A stretch of DNA of 64,000 nucleotides, taken from sequence record SRR2962707_896. One strand, given 5' to 3'. The notes beneath the pieces were generated by a model. That model was not told the origin of the DNA, did not search any database, and saw only the letters and a program-made list of their open reading frames with translations. Below, piece by piece: positions 49,424-59,333 of the stretch (its first letter is position 1; every line of letters starts with the position of its first letter). The translations under genes and the position numbers were made by a program.

Positions 49424-49466
49424 GAGGTCTGGTCTTGTCTTGGGCTCAAAGAGAAGACCAGACCTC
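49424..49466. repeat. Long palindrome (terminator or REP-like element)
   Basis: GAGGTCTGGTCTT-N17-AAGACCAGACCTC, perfect 13-bp inverted repeat between convergent genes. Confidence 0.6.
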
Positions 49467-49495
49467 CTGTTCTCAAGCCGCTAACATCATTCCGC

Positions 49496-50719
49496 TCAAG
49501 CCTCAAACCCCACCCCGGGCTTTAGCTTTCGGGTCAGTGCCCAGAACACCAACGCCAACAAACTCACCACCGCTCCCAGGGCACAGACGCCCACCCAGCC
49601 TGAATACGCGTAAGCCACCGTGGTACTGATGGCACCAAGACCGCTGCCCACCGAGTAGAACAGCATATAAAGCCCCACCAGACGGCTGTGCGCTTCCGGA
49701 TGCGTGCGAAAAATCATGCTCTGGTTGGTAACGTGCAGCGCCTGGCCACCGAGATCCAGCAACACGATGCCAATCAACAGCGCCCACAGCGACCATGCCA
49801 TCAACGATAGCGGAATCCACGATAACAACAGTAATACCAAAGCGGCGGCACTGGTGTATTGACCGTAACCCCGGTCGGCCCAGTAGCCGGCACGGGCGGC
49901 AGCCAGGGCTCCGGCCGCCCCCACCAGCCCGAAGGCGCCGATCAGGGAGTGCGAGAACTCATAGGGAGGAGCGCTCAACGGCAGCACCAGTGCACTCCAG
50001 AAAATATTGAAAGCGGCGAACATCAGCAACGCCAATACACCGCGCACTTGCAATACCCGCTCTGTTCTCAGAAGCGCGAGCATGGAACGCAATAAACGCG
50101 GGTAGCTCATGCTATCCGAAAGCACCACCAGAACCGGTAACCTTCGCCACAACGGCCAGGCCAGTGCCAACATCATTGCCGCCGAGCAAAAATAGACACC
50201 TCGCCAACCAGCCACATCGCTGACACCGCCGGCAAAAACACGGGCCAGTAACAACCCGACGAACACGCCGCCCTGGGCCGCGCCCACCACCCGGCCCTGT
50301 TCATGGGGCCCCGCGGCGCTGGCAGCGTAGGCGATCAGCCCCTGGGTCATGGCGGTACCCAGTAACCCCACGGCGAGCATGCCCGCCAGCAACACCGGCG
50401 TTGATTGCGCCAGGGCCACCGTGATCAACGCGATCACCAGAGCCAGCAACTGCCCCGCCATCAACCGGCGACGGTCCAGCCGATCCCCCAACGGCACCAG
50501 TAGTAACAGAGCCAGGGCGCATCCCACCTGGGTAGCGGTAACCACGCCACCCACCGCCGCATGACTGATGCCGAAATCCAGCGCCAGCGTATCCAGTAAC
50601 GGTTGCGCGTAATAGACATTGGCCACGCTCAAACCGCTGGCGGCGGCGAACAGCAGAACCAGAGCACGCGGTAATACAGCACGCGCCGTTGATGAACAGG
50701 AAACGGGGGACGTCGTCAT
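49496..50719 (-). CDS. MFS transporter
   Basis: SVANVYYAQPLL, PLGDRLDRRRL, GLLLARVFAG. Confidence 0.9.
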   Translation of the reverse strand: MTTSPVSCSSTARAVLPRALVLLFAAASGLSVANVYYAQPLLDTLALDFGISHAAVGGVVTATQVGCALALLLLVPLGDRLDRRRLMAGQLLALVIALITVALAQSTPVLLAGMLAVGLLGTAMTQGLIAYAASAAGPHEQGRVVGAAQGGVFVGLLLARVFAGGVSDVAGWRGVYFCSAAMMLALAWPLWRRLPVLVVLSDSMSYPRLLRSMLALLRTERVLQVRGVLALLMFAAFNIFWSALVLPLSAPPYEFSHSLIGAFGLVGAAGALAAARAGYWADRGYGQYTSAAALVLLLLSWIPLSLMAWSLWALLIGIVLLDLGGQALHVTNQSMIFRTHPEAHSRLVGLYMLFYSVGSGLGAISTTVAYAYSGWVGVCALGAVVSLLALVFWALTRKLKPGVGFEA

Positions 50720-50730
50720 AGCATCCAGCC

Positions 50731-50784
50731 AGTTGCAAATAGAAACTGGTTGGATGCTATGCATTCCAGTTTTAAAATGCAACT
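50731..50784. promoter_or_regulatory. Paired HxlR-type operators
   Basis: AGTTGCAAATAGAAACTGG and CCAGTTTTAAAATGCAACT are mutually inverted, and each is itself AGTT-N9-AACT. Confidence 0.65.
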
Positions 50785-50818
50785 ACAACATCCACCACCT
50801 GATATCATCGGAGACGCC

Positions 50819-51262
50819 ATGCCCCGCCGACCCAGCTCTGACAGCACCTGCCCGGTGGCCCGCGCCGTCGATGTGATCGGCGATCGCTGGTGCCTGCTGA
50901 TCCTGCGGGATGCCTTTGACGGCGTATGTCGCTTCCGGGACTTCCAGCGCGATCTCGGCATGGCCCGCAATATTCTCACCGACCGTCTGCGCCGCCTGGT
51001 GGATGCGGGTGTGCTGGACACCCGGCCGGCTTCCGACGGCACCGCCTATCAGGAGTATGTGCTGACCGCCAAGGGAAAAAGCCTGTTTCCCGTCGTTGTC
51101 GCGCTACGTCAATGGGGTGAGCATCACCTGTTTGCCCGCGGCGAACGCCATTCGTTACTGATCGACAAGAACACCGGCAAGCCGGTGCCCTTCATGACCC
51201 CTCGGGATGAGGATGGCCATATGCTGCCCCCGGATCAGTCGGAAGTGAGGAAGCTGACGTAA
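50819..51262 (+). CDS. HxlR (MarR/DUF24) family regulator
   Basis: CPVARAVDVIGDRWCLLILRD, EYVLTAKG, LRQWGE. Confidence 0.9.
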   Translation: MPRRPSSDSTCPVARAVDVIGDRWCLLILRDAFDGVCRFRDFQRDLGMARNILTDRLRRLVDAGVLDTRPASDGTAYQEYVLTAKGKSLFPVVVALRQWGEHHLFARGERHSLLIDKNTGKPVPFMTPRDEDGHMLPPDQSEVRKLT

Positions 51263-51313
51263 AGAAAAGCACAGGCGAGGAGCAGGCACCGTCTCCTCCC
51301 CGCCCGGCAGGAT

Positions 51314-53140
51314 TCAATCCTGAAGGGGAATATCGAACGAATAGCTGGCGTGGGAGCCCGGGCCTTTTTCGATAAACAGAAAACCCACCGGCTCATCGTA
51401 GAAGTGGTAAGCGCGCCGGGGCCACCCCTCGTCGAACGAATGACGAACTTCGGCGATTTTTTTCAGATAACGGCCCTGCGCGTCCCGGGCAAGCACCAAA
51501 TCAGGGATATGATTATCCGCCGCCGCCGGACCAAAAAGCACCTGTTTCCTATGCATTTCATAGCCTTCGGGTAAATCATCGATGGCAACCCAGCGTACCT
51601 TGATGTCTGGCAGTAGCAAAACATCCAGTTCTCCACGGGCGCGCACTGGGGGCCGCTCGAAGCGATCCGGATGATACTCGATCCGATTGACGGTGAATCT
51701 CACCGGGCCCTTCCGATCCTCCGGATCAAACCGGTAAACCGGTTCGCCATCTTTATCCAGGAAAACCAGTTCCTCGACATGATCGAAGCGATCAAAGTCG
51801 GACACCAGGCGGTTGCTCATTTGCTCCGGAAAATGAAAGTACAGTTTGTCGGCTATCGGATCCGATAGCCCCGGGTTCACCCCCTTTTTGAATTCCACCT
51901 GGATCAGTTCATCCAGTAAGGCGGGGTCGGCTTCCAGCGGCTGGTCCAGTTCCCAATCGCTGGCGGTGTGATCATACACCCGGGCCCGCACACCAAAGGA
52001 ACGTGGCTCGGCCTGGTTGTCCGGCACATCAAACTGTACCGATGTCAGATCCAGCGGCACGGTCAGCGTTGTCTCACCGGAAAGCCCTGGCAGCAGCACT
52101 TTCACCTGCTTCACCGTGCCACGGAACGCCACCTCCACAAACAACTGCCTATCCACACCCTCAAACATGGCCTTCCGCTGCGCCTGCATGCGCTGCTCCA
52201 TGGCCTCCTTGTCCTTCAGTTCGCCGGATTCCGCCGCGTCGATCAGCTGGTCCAGCATCTCGATGATCAGGGTATCGTCACCGGCCGGCCCTTTCCCTGT
52301 GCTGCTGCTCGACAACAGGCGACCGGTGCTGTCACTGGCCTCCACCTCAATCTGATTGAACCTCTCCTCCGCCTCGGCAAGCGCCATATCTTCCGGCACC
52401 TTGAACAGCAACCGAACCCGATGCCCTTCGACTTCTTCCAAGGTGATGCGCCACCCGAACAACTCCTGATGGTCGCCCACATCGGAGGCTGAGAAATCGA
52501 CTTCCGGCAGTGTTTCCGGCACGGTCAGGATCATCTCGCCACGTGCCCGTGCTATCGGTGACGGTGGTGGCGGCACCTGACCAATGGGCAGGTTTTCGTG
52601 TTTTTTCACCTGGGTGGTGAAACGCTTATATGAGGTATTCCACAACGCCACCGGAATCAGATTGCTTTGATCGGTGAACGGGTCCCGCTCCACCACCGGC
52701 AGTTCGGTGCCATCCGCCAACACCACCTGCTGCCAGTTGACCTTGAGGTCAAAGGGATACGCGAACGGGAGCTCGAGTCGCGCCTCCTCGGGACGGTAGC
52801 GCGGGTCATGGGTCAGCAGCACGCCGGCGGCCAACTGATCAGCCATGTCCTTCGTGTCTTTATAATCATCCAGGATCGCGTAGGGCGAGGTGCTATATTG
52901 CACCTCCTCCGGTGGCACCTGGCGCTCCAGGTCCCCTTCCCGTATCCAGAACATGACATCGGTTATCGACGCCAGTGTTTGTTTGACGTCCTGATCGGGC
53001 AGGGCTTCGATCCGTGCCTGATACTCCGCCTTCTGTTCTTCCAGGTCCTGCCTTTGCTCTTCGAGGGTCTTCTCCGAACACCCCGCCGACAACACCGCAA
53101 GAAGCGGCAGCCATAAAAACAACAACGTCATTCTGCGCAT
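51314..53140 (-). CDS. Hypothetical lipoprotein (paralogue of 36929-38746)
   Basis: Lipobox SAGC, coiled-coil after the Cys; 608 aa; shares colinear blocks with 36929-38746. Confidence 0.8.
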   Translation of the reverse strand: MRRMTLLFLWLPLLAVLSAGCSEKTLEEQRQDLEEQKAEYQARIEALPDQDVKQTLASITDVMFWIREGDLERQVPPEEVQYSTSPYAILDDYKDTKDMADQLAAGVLLTHDPRYRPEEARLELPFAYPFDLKVNWQQVVLADGTELPVVERDPFTDQSNLIPVALWNTSYKRFTTQVKKHENLPIGQVPPPPSPIARARGEMILTVPETLPEVDFSASDVGDHQELFGWRITLEEVEGHRVRLLFKVPEDMALAEAEERFNQIEVEASDSTGRLLSSSSTGKGPAGDDTLIIEMLDQLIDAAESGELKDKEAMEQRMQAQRKAMFEGVDRQLFVEVAFRGTVKQVKVLLPGLSGETTLTVPLDLTSVQFDVPDNQAEPRSFGVRARVYDHTASDWELDQPLEADPALLDELIQVEFKKGVNPGLSDPIADKLYFHFPEQMSNRLVSDFDRFDHVEELVFLDKDGEPVYRFDPEDRKGPVRFTVNRIEYHPDRFERPPVRARGELDVLLLPDIKVRWVAIDDLPEGYEMHRKQVLFGPAAADNHIPDLVLARDAQGRYLKKIAEVRHSFDEGWPRRAYHFYDEPVGFLFIEKGPGSHASYSFDIPLQD

Positions 53141-53270
53141 GGAAAACCTCGGAAATGGCAAACATCCTTATCGCCGCCCTGGCGGCTCCGCCTTCCCGCC
53201 AGGAACCGGCCTGTTCCGGCTGACATTCCCCGCGGACTTTTTTCATTGCCCGCTATCCTACCCCAAGGTG

Positions 53271-54089
53271 CTAGGCCAAGGCCTCCCCATCCGTCTCACC
53301 GAACGTCCCGGACTCGGCTTCGAAGACCAGAGTCTCGCCATCCTCGGGAATCAGCAGCTGTTGTCGCAGACCGGCGCGATCCCGGGCATCACGCAACTCG
53401 GCGCGGGAAACCGGGCAATGGTCCAGAGCTTCCAGATGATTGGCCACCACCCGCCCCGCGCTCAGCCGCGCCACCTGTAAAGCCGCTTCCCGACCCATAA
53501 TGATGTCGCCGCCCAGGTCGAAACGGGCACCGCCGGCGGGGATCACGGTCACCGCCGGACGCCGCTCTCGCAAGTGCTGACGAACCGTGTCGGTGAGCAA
53601 CGTATCGCCGGCCAGATACAGGCTCGGCTCATCCGGCCACTCAAGGTGATAGCCATGGCCATGGGCCATCATCCTCCCCACCAGACCACGGCCATGCAGG
53701 CAAGGTACCGGCGTGACCCACCCGCCCAGAAACGGCTGACGGGTATTCTCGCGCAAAGGCCGCACCGTCAGCCCCTTGCCGCTGAGGAAATCCGCGTCGC
53801 CTTCCATGCAGAACACCGCAATGCCGCGCTGACGCAGCCATTTGGCGCCGGCCCGGTCCAAGTGGTCGAAATGGCCCTTCTGACAATGAGTGATCAGCGC
53901 GTGGGTCACTGTGTTCAAGCGTTGATCCGTGCCCGGCGGCAGGTCCACCAACGGATTGCGGCGGCGGCGGGCGGTGGCGTATTTGAGGGCGGGAATGGCA
54001 CCGGCCGGCGCCAGCATGGGGTCCACCAACACCCGGTGGGGACCAGCTTCAACGATCAGGGTGGCGTTGCGCAATTGGGTCAGTTTCAT
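53271..54089 (-). CDS. MBL-fold metallohydrolase
   Basis: LRNATL, LVDPML, THCQKGHFDHLD, LYLAGDT, NHLEALDH. Confidence 0.88.
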   Translation of the reverse strand: MKLTQLRNATLIVEAGPHRVLVDPMLAPAGAIPALKYATARRRRNPLVDLPPGTDQRLNTVTHALITHCQKGHFDHLDRAGAKWLRQRGIAVFCMEGDADFLSGKGLTVRPLRENTRQPFLGGWVTPVPCLHGRGLVGRMMAHGHGYHLEWPDEPSLYLAGDTLLTDTVRQHLRERRPAVTVIPAGGARFDLGGDIIMGREAALQVARLSAGRVVANHLEALDHCPVSRAELRDARDRAGLRQQLLIPEDGETLVFEAESGTFGETDGEALA

Positions 54090-54179
54090 GTCTCTCCTCC
54101 AAACGAGGGGCCATTGTAGGAAGGGACACGCCGGGCTAATCTGGCAAGAACTGACAATAACCGGACAATTTCAGCCACC

Positions 54180-55118
54180 ATGAATCTTGGTCTGCTGCTC
54201 TACCCTGGCTGCCTCCCCACCGGGCTGTTCGCCGCCTCTGACCTGCTTCTGGCCGCCAACCTGCGTCTGGGACGGGAGCTGTTCCGTTTCCAATGGCTGA
54301 GCCCGGACGGGCGGCCGGTGGCCTGCGCCAACGGCCCGGCCCTGCCCGCCGAGCCGCTGGGCGACGCCCGTCTGGATGCACTGTTGATACCCGGCGCCTG
54401 GCGCGACGCCGACCACGTGCCCGCTCCCGGTGACGATGCCCTGGCCGCGGCTCTGGCCAGCCTGGACCATGACGTGCGCCTGCTCAGCTACTGCACCGGC
54501 GTCTGCCTGGTGGCGGCGGCCGGAAAACTGGATGATCACCCCGCCACCACCACCTGGTGGCTGGCCTCCGTGGCGGGAAAACACTGGCCAAAGGTACACT
54601 GGAAACTGACCGAAACCGCCGTCCACGGCCCGCGCCACGCTACCGCCTCCGGGGTCAACGGCCACCTGCCTCTGACAATGCGGCTGATCGAGGAATATGG
54701 CGGTACCGCGGTGGCCGAGGATATCCACGCCGCCATGGTGTTGCCCCGGCCCGGACGTCACCACACGCCGTTTCAGACCCTGACCGCGCTGCTACAACAA
54801 AGCCCTCTGATCCGTCGCCTGGTGCACTGGGTGGAAGCCACGCCGGCCACCGATCTCACCCTGCCTCGAGCGGCGGCCCACCTGCACCTCACCGAGCGCA
54901 CTCTGGCCCGGCGCCTGAAAACGGAAACCGGCGACAGCGCGGCCCATCTGATTCGTCTGATTAAGTTCAACCAGGTCAGCGACCGCCTGCTCACCAGTAC
55001 CGATCCGGTGGGGCGCATCAGCGATCTTCTGGGGTTCGCCGACGACACCACTCTGCGGCGCGGCTTCAAGCGGCTCACCGGCCTGACTCCGGCGGCCTAC
55101 CGGCGCCGCTACGGCTGA
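54180..55118 (+). CDS. GlxA family AraC regulator
   Basis: DJ-1-like N-domain (SYCTG...LD...ATTTWW) plus AraC HTH; divergent from the MBL gene. Confidence 0.85.
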   Translation: MNLGLLLYPGCLPTGLFAASDLLLAANLRLGRELFRFQWLSPDGRPVACANGPALPAEPLGDARLDALLIPGAWRDADHVPAPGDDALAAALASLDHDVRLLSYCTGVCLVAAAGKLDDHPATTTWWLASVAGKHWPKVHWKLTETAVHGPRHATASGVNGHLPLTMRLIEEYGGTAVAEDIHAAMVLPRPGRHHTPFQTLTALLQQSPLIRRLVHWVEATPATDLTLPRAAAHLHLTERTLARRLKTETGDSAAHLIRLIKFNQVSDRLLTSTDPVGRISDLLGFADDTTLRRGFKRLTGLTPAAYRRRYG

Positions 55119-55170
55119 TTCTTTCTTTTGGGGGCTCTTCTGAGCAGCGGAGCGAGGTGTGCGTCTTGAT

Positions 55171-55722
55171 TCAGTTCACGGCTTCCGGCGCCCGGATCGC
55201 CTTGCTGTAGAACCCCGAAGGATCAAAGCAGCAGACCCGTTTTTTGCCCGAGGCCAGCATGTCGCAGGCGTCATCAATCCGCTTGGCACGGGTCTTGGCC
55301 TGTTTGGCGGTGGTGATCCAATGAATCCAGTCGACACGGGCCAGAGTGGTGGTGGCTTCCCAAACCGCCCTGGCCTCCGGAGCAGCCTGCAAAGCCTCCC
55401 GCAGATCCTCGGGGACCTCCGGTTCCGGCTCCCGAGCCACCGGACTGATTTCCAACCGGGCGACATCGCCGAAGGTGGTGCCGGACGCTTCCATCAACGG
55501 CTGATCGATGCGAAGCCAATGGCTCTTGCGGCCGTCCGGTTCCAGCAAGACCCGGAACGCGTGGCCGTTCAGTGTGGCATCCACGGAGGTGCGGCCCCGT
55601 CTGGGCAGCTTTGCGCTGACCTCTCCGGGCAGTATCACGAAAGCCCAGGGCTCACCGTCGCCTTGCTTTCGGGGGCAAAGCAAACGCGCATCAAAACAGG
55701 ATTTCTTGTCTTCTCCGGTCAT
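55171..55722 (-). CDS. DUF1905 / YdeI-OmpD-associated family protein
   Basis: V.ATLNG, VPEDLREAL, WIHWITTAKQAKTRAKRI. Confidence 0.85.
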   Translation of the reverse strand: MTGEDKKSCFDARLLCPRKQGDGEPWAFVILPGEVSAKLPRRGRTSVDATLNGHAFRVLLEPDGRKSHWLRIDQPLMEASGTTFGDVARLEISPVAREPEPEVPEDLREALQAAPEARAVWEATTTLARVDWIHWITTAKQAKTRAKRIDDACDMLASGKKRVCCFDPSGFYSKAIRAPEAVN

Positions 55723-55938
55723 ATTCCATTCCTGACGTTATCCGGGAGCAGCAAGGTGGCGGTGAGATTCAGCGAATCCCAAGTTTGCCAAGGCGGGGTC
55801 CGCTGTCAACCGCGGCGCCCCATAGCGTGCCGCCCTCAGGCCAGCTCCGCCAATGGGTACTGGCGACGGCGCCTCTTGTTCCAGCTCATCCCTGCTCCCG
55901 TCGATTCGCCCACGCCGACTCCGCGGCCGGCGCGCCTT

Positions 55939-56697
55939 TCAGGCCCGCTTTTCCGACAGCGTGGCGATAATGGGAGCCCCCTTGGTGACGATAACGGTGT
56001 GCTCGAACTGCGCGGAAAGGTTGTCCGGATGGCCCACCAGAGTCCACCCGTCCTCCGCCTCCGTCACCAGCGTACTGCGGGTGGATAGAAACGGCTCGAT
56101 GGCAATGACCTGGCCGAGCCGCAATCGGCGGGTATCGCGGCGGTCATAATAGCCCACGATGTCCTCCGGCTCTTCATGCAGTGTCCGCCCGATACCATGG
56201 CCGGCCAGATTCTTGATCACCTTGAAGCGATGCGACTTCGCGGTATGTTGAATCACTTTGCCGATGCGATTGATGGGAGCACCGGCTCGTGCTTCGCCCA
56301 AGGCGCGTTTCAAAGCCAGCCGGGTGGCATGACAAAGGCGTGCCTTCAGCGCCGACCCCGGCGGAACAACCGTCGTGCCGCCGGTATCCGCGAAATAGCC
56401 ATCCAGTTCAGCGGATACATCGACATTCACGATGTCACCGGCCTGGATCACCCTTTGCCCCGGAATACCATGCGCGGCTTCCTCATTGACGCTGATACAG
56501 GTGGCGCCGGGAAAATCATAAGTCACCCTCGGTGCCGATCTGGCGCCGTACTGTTCCAGCAGCTGCTCTCCCAGCTTATCCAGCTCCGCCGTCGTCATGC
56601 CCGGTTCAACCGCATCGAGCATGGCATCGCGCACCCTGGCGACGACCCGCCCGGTGTTCAGCACGCCATCAATGTCGTTCTGGCCTTCCACGGTCAT
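55939..56697 (-). CDS. map: Type I methionine aminopeptidase
   Basis: CISVNEEAAHGIP, DVSAELDGYFAD, GHGIG..LHE, IEPF, AQFEHT. Confidence 0.92.
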   Translation of the reverse strand: MTVEGQNDIDGVLNTGRVVARVRDAMLDAVEPGMTTAELDKLGEQLLEQYGARSAPRVTYDFPGATCISVNEEAAHGIPGQRVIQAGDIVNVDVSAELDGYFADTGGTTVVPPGSALKARLCHATRLALKRALGEARAGAPINRIGKVIQHTAKSHRFKVIKNLAGHGIGRTLHEEPEDIVGYYDRRDTRRLRLGQVIAIEPFLSTRSTLVTEAEDGWTLVGHPDNLSAQFEHTVIVTKGAPIIATLSEKRA

Positions 56698-56725
56698 GCG
56701 TTCACCTCTTGTCCGTTTATGCTCT

Positions 56726-57553
56726 TCAATAATATTCCATGACTCTTTTCTGAACGTAGATCAGAGCACCATTGTCGTACTTTTCCCTGTTCGTCCAATT
56801 CCCGAACTCGTCGTAGTCATACTCATAGACAACACGCTGCGTTCCGGCGTCGCCGTCTACCCAGCTTCTGGATGCCACGTCGCCATACTGGGTGTACTCG
56901 ATCGTGTAAGGGATATTTCCCCAATCCTCCGATATGCTTTTGGATTCAATCAGGCGGCCGGAATCATCGTACTTGAAATCCATCACGACCTTTACCGATC
57001 CATCCTGGCGCAGTTCGGTTTCTTTCATGACATTGTTTTTATTGTCATATTCAAACAGCCTTTTCGACAAAACAATGGAGTCGGGTGATTTGTGGATCTC
57101 GGAAACCCTATTTCCCTTTGAGTCGTACTCCCGGAAATGAATGGCGGAGAGGCGGTCAACGCCAAAATAACTCCTGACTTCCACGGTACGCCCGGCTTCA
57201 TCAAGTTCGTGGACAAGCCTTTTCTTCACTTCTCCATTTGCCGCTGCGTAAACAATTTCCAGCAGGCGCCCATGGTCGTCTCTCTTGAACGTTCTGGTCT
57301 CGAAGAGCGTACCTTTCAGCCAGTATTCGCGCCTCGTGATATTCCCACTGTCATCGTAATGAGAAACTGTTTTACCCCTTTCCTTGAGAGCAGGGTCGGG
57401 CTCCACCGTATCGCGTTGTTCAATATTGTATTCTGTTTCCGTTACGGTCTTGAGAGTGGGCGCCTCATCAGCCGTGTCCACGCAGGAAGTTAAGGAGAGA
57501 ACCAGGGCTGCCCAGAGGGAAGCAATCCTGGCTCTATGTTTGAAAAAAGACAT
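56726..57553 (-). CDS. Hypothetical lipoprotein with YD-like repeats
   Basis: Lipobox LTSC; repeated YDxxG[NR] turns; C-terminal YDEFGNW...R.MEYY. Confidence 0.7.
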   Translation of the reverse strand: MSFFKHRARIASLWAALVLSLTSCVDTADEAPTLKTVTETEYNIEQRDTVEPDPALKERGKTVSHYDDSGNITRREYWLKGTLFETRTFKRDDHGRLLEIVYAAANGEVKKRLVHELDEAGRTVEVRSYFGVDRLSAIHFREYDSKGNRVSEIHKSPDSIVLSKRLFEYDNKNNVMKETELRQDGSVKVVMDFKYDDSGRLIESKSISEDWGNIPYTIEYTQYGDVASRSWVDGDAGTQRVVYEYDYDEFGNWTNREKYDNGALIYVQKRVMEYY

Positions 57554-57654
57554 ACAGGTTCTCTCTGTTTCCATGGCCCCAGGCAAAAGCCAAGATATCC
57601 GCCCTGGTACCCGGCACCTCCAGTGCGACAGCCCCTCGCCAACCGCTGCATGAA

Positions 57655-57693
57655 CCCCACCCACGAGTTTCAGACCTACTTGCGGGTGGGGGG
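57655..57693 (-). terminator. Hairpin downstream of VOC gene
   Basis: ACCCCACCCACGAG...CTTGCGGGTGGGGGT imperfect stem. Confidence 0.4.
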
Positions 57694-57700
57694 TGGAGAT

Positions 57701-58093
57701 TTACTTAACCCGATGAATCGCGCAGAGCTTGTTGCCGTCAGGATCACGCACATAGGCCAGATGCATGGCGCCCATGCTGCCTTCGCGCAGCCCCGGCGGA
57801 TCCTCGATGGGCTTGCCGCCCTGAGCCACCGCCACGTCATAGAATTCCTTTACCTGCTCGGGCGAATCGCACTTGAAACCGATGGTGCCGCCGTTGGCGC
57901 AGGTCGCGTCTTCGTCGTTGATCGGCTCACTGATAGCGAAGGTGCTGCCATCGTGGATATAGAACAGCCGGACGTGGCCGGAAGGCGCCACGTTGCGAAA
58001 CGGCTCGCGCGCGCCGAGTACACCGAGCACCGCGTCATAGAATCTCTTGGAACGCTCGATGTCATTGGAACCGATCATGATGTGGTTGAACAT
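57701..58093 (-). CDS. VOC/glyoxalase family protein
   Basis: MFNHIMIGSND.ERSKRFYD, NGGTIGF, AYVRDPDGNKLC. Confidence 0.9.
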   Translation of the reverse strand: MFNHIMIGSNDIERSKRFYDAVLGVLGAREPFRNVAPSGHVRLFYIHDGSTFAISEPINDEDATCANGGTIGFKCDSPEQVKEFYDVAVAQGGKPIEDPPGLREGSMGAMHLAYVRDPDGNKLCAIHRVK

Positions 58094-58428
58094 GGTTGCT
58101 CTCCTTTTACGGTTTGTCGTTATGTCTTATTCGCCCAGCCCTTCAGCAAACAGGGCCCGTATCGCTCCAGGCCTCTTTTATCGCCGCCCGCCCACCTGCC
58201 AAACCTTCCCGACGTCACGCCGGATCACGCCAGTGGCGGCCCTCCCGGACTGGCTTGGGACTAAAGGCCGGATAGGCCAGGAAGACACGGCGAAGCGTTA
58301 TATTCACCCGCCCATGATCCGGCGGCAACCCGCCTTTTCTCATCGCCGCGCCGCCAACGACTGGCCGGTGCCGAGCGATAGGCTTTGCTCGGGACGTTGA
58401 TTGCCTCTCTCCATTCCACCCCGCGCGT

Positions 58429-58959
58429 TCACGTGAGGTCATGGAGCAGATGAATATCGTCCGGCTCCCGCCGATACAACGTTTCATCCAGCTGCTCGCA
58501 TAACCGGCAGCCCAGTCTCATGTAGAAATCCACGGTGTTACGCGACGGCGTCGCCGAGACGTAGAGCGCGCCGGCCCCCACCTGCCGGGCCCGGGCGACA
58601 GCGAGACGGAAGAGATGGGCGCCGAGGCCACGGCGGCGGTAAGCGTGACTGAGGTGGAGAAACGTCAGTTGCAGCCATTCGCCCGCCGGGCCAAAGCGGC
58701 GCGAATCGACAACCACCGCGCCGATCAGGCGGCCCTGGTCGAACAGACCGAGGAACCAACCGCCACGGTCAAAGCAGTCAAGCAGGATGGGTGTGTAGTG
58801 CTCGGCCTCGCCGTCCGGCCAGCCGCTCATATGGTAAAACTCGGGACGGAGCACCAGCTTGCCGTTCTTGAGGGAATAGATCTCTTTGATCACTTCGCTG
58901 CGGTCGATCCCCCAGACCAGGGCGACCTCGTCTCGGCGCAACAGGCGCTCGTCGATCAT
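58429..58959 (-). CDS. GNAT N-acetyltransferase
   Basis: LHLSHAYRRRGLG..LF, LYVSATPSRNTVDFY..LGC. Confidence 0.88.
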   Translation of the reverse strand: MIDERLLRRDEVALVWGIDRSEVIKEIYSLKNGKLVLRPEFYHMSGWPDGEAEHYTPILLDCFDRGGWFLGLFDQGRLIGAVVVDSRRFGPAGEWLQLTFLHLSHAYRRRGLGAHLFRLAVARARQVGAGALYVSATPSRNTVDFYMRLGCRLCEQLDETLYRREPDDIHLLHDLT

Positions 58960-59333
58960 CGTGGTTTCCTTGCGTTCAGGTCGCGCACAGGGGCGGAACA
59001 GCCTACCTGCGCCTCGTGATATCTTAATGCCAAAGGAGACCGATCAGCCGGATTAGCCCTCTTCCAGTACGGACAGCAAGAACCCTCGCGAATCGACGCC
59101 CGCGCACCCACCGGCAATATGCCGGAGCCCTTCGGAAAACAGAGTCATTGGCCATTCCTTTTCGCCGTTGAAGGCCCCAACTCCACCCCGGATCGTCGAC
59201 GCCACCACCGACGCGCCCGGTCCAGCGTGAGACACAGCTCTCATTCAAAGCGCATCCGGAGGTCGTGGAGGGTTGCGTTATGGCATTCACGCCACAAGAT
59301 TCAGTGCTCGCACCGGCCAAGAGTTTCTTTTTC

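Noticed and set aside
58280-58362. Possible AlkB-dioxygenase C-terminal scrap (VVGGAA...GRVNITLRRV, minus strand)
   Set aside because: Match is only about 10 residues and lacks the His motif; cannot be told from chance without BLASTx.
27025-59000. Integron cassette array (many single GNAT, VOC and hypothetical genes)
   Set aside because: No intI, mixed orientations, and no recurring RYYYAAC...GTTRRRY attC structure after the stop codons I inspected.
59053-59244. 63-aa minus ORF in the intergenic gap
   Set aside because: No recognisable motif or convincing RBS.
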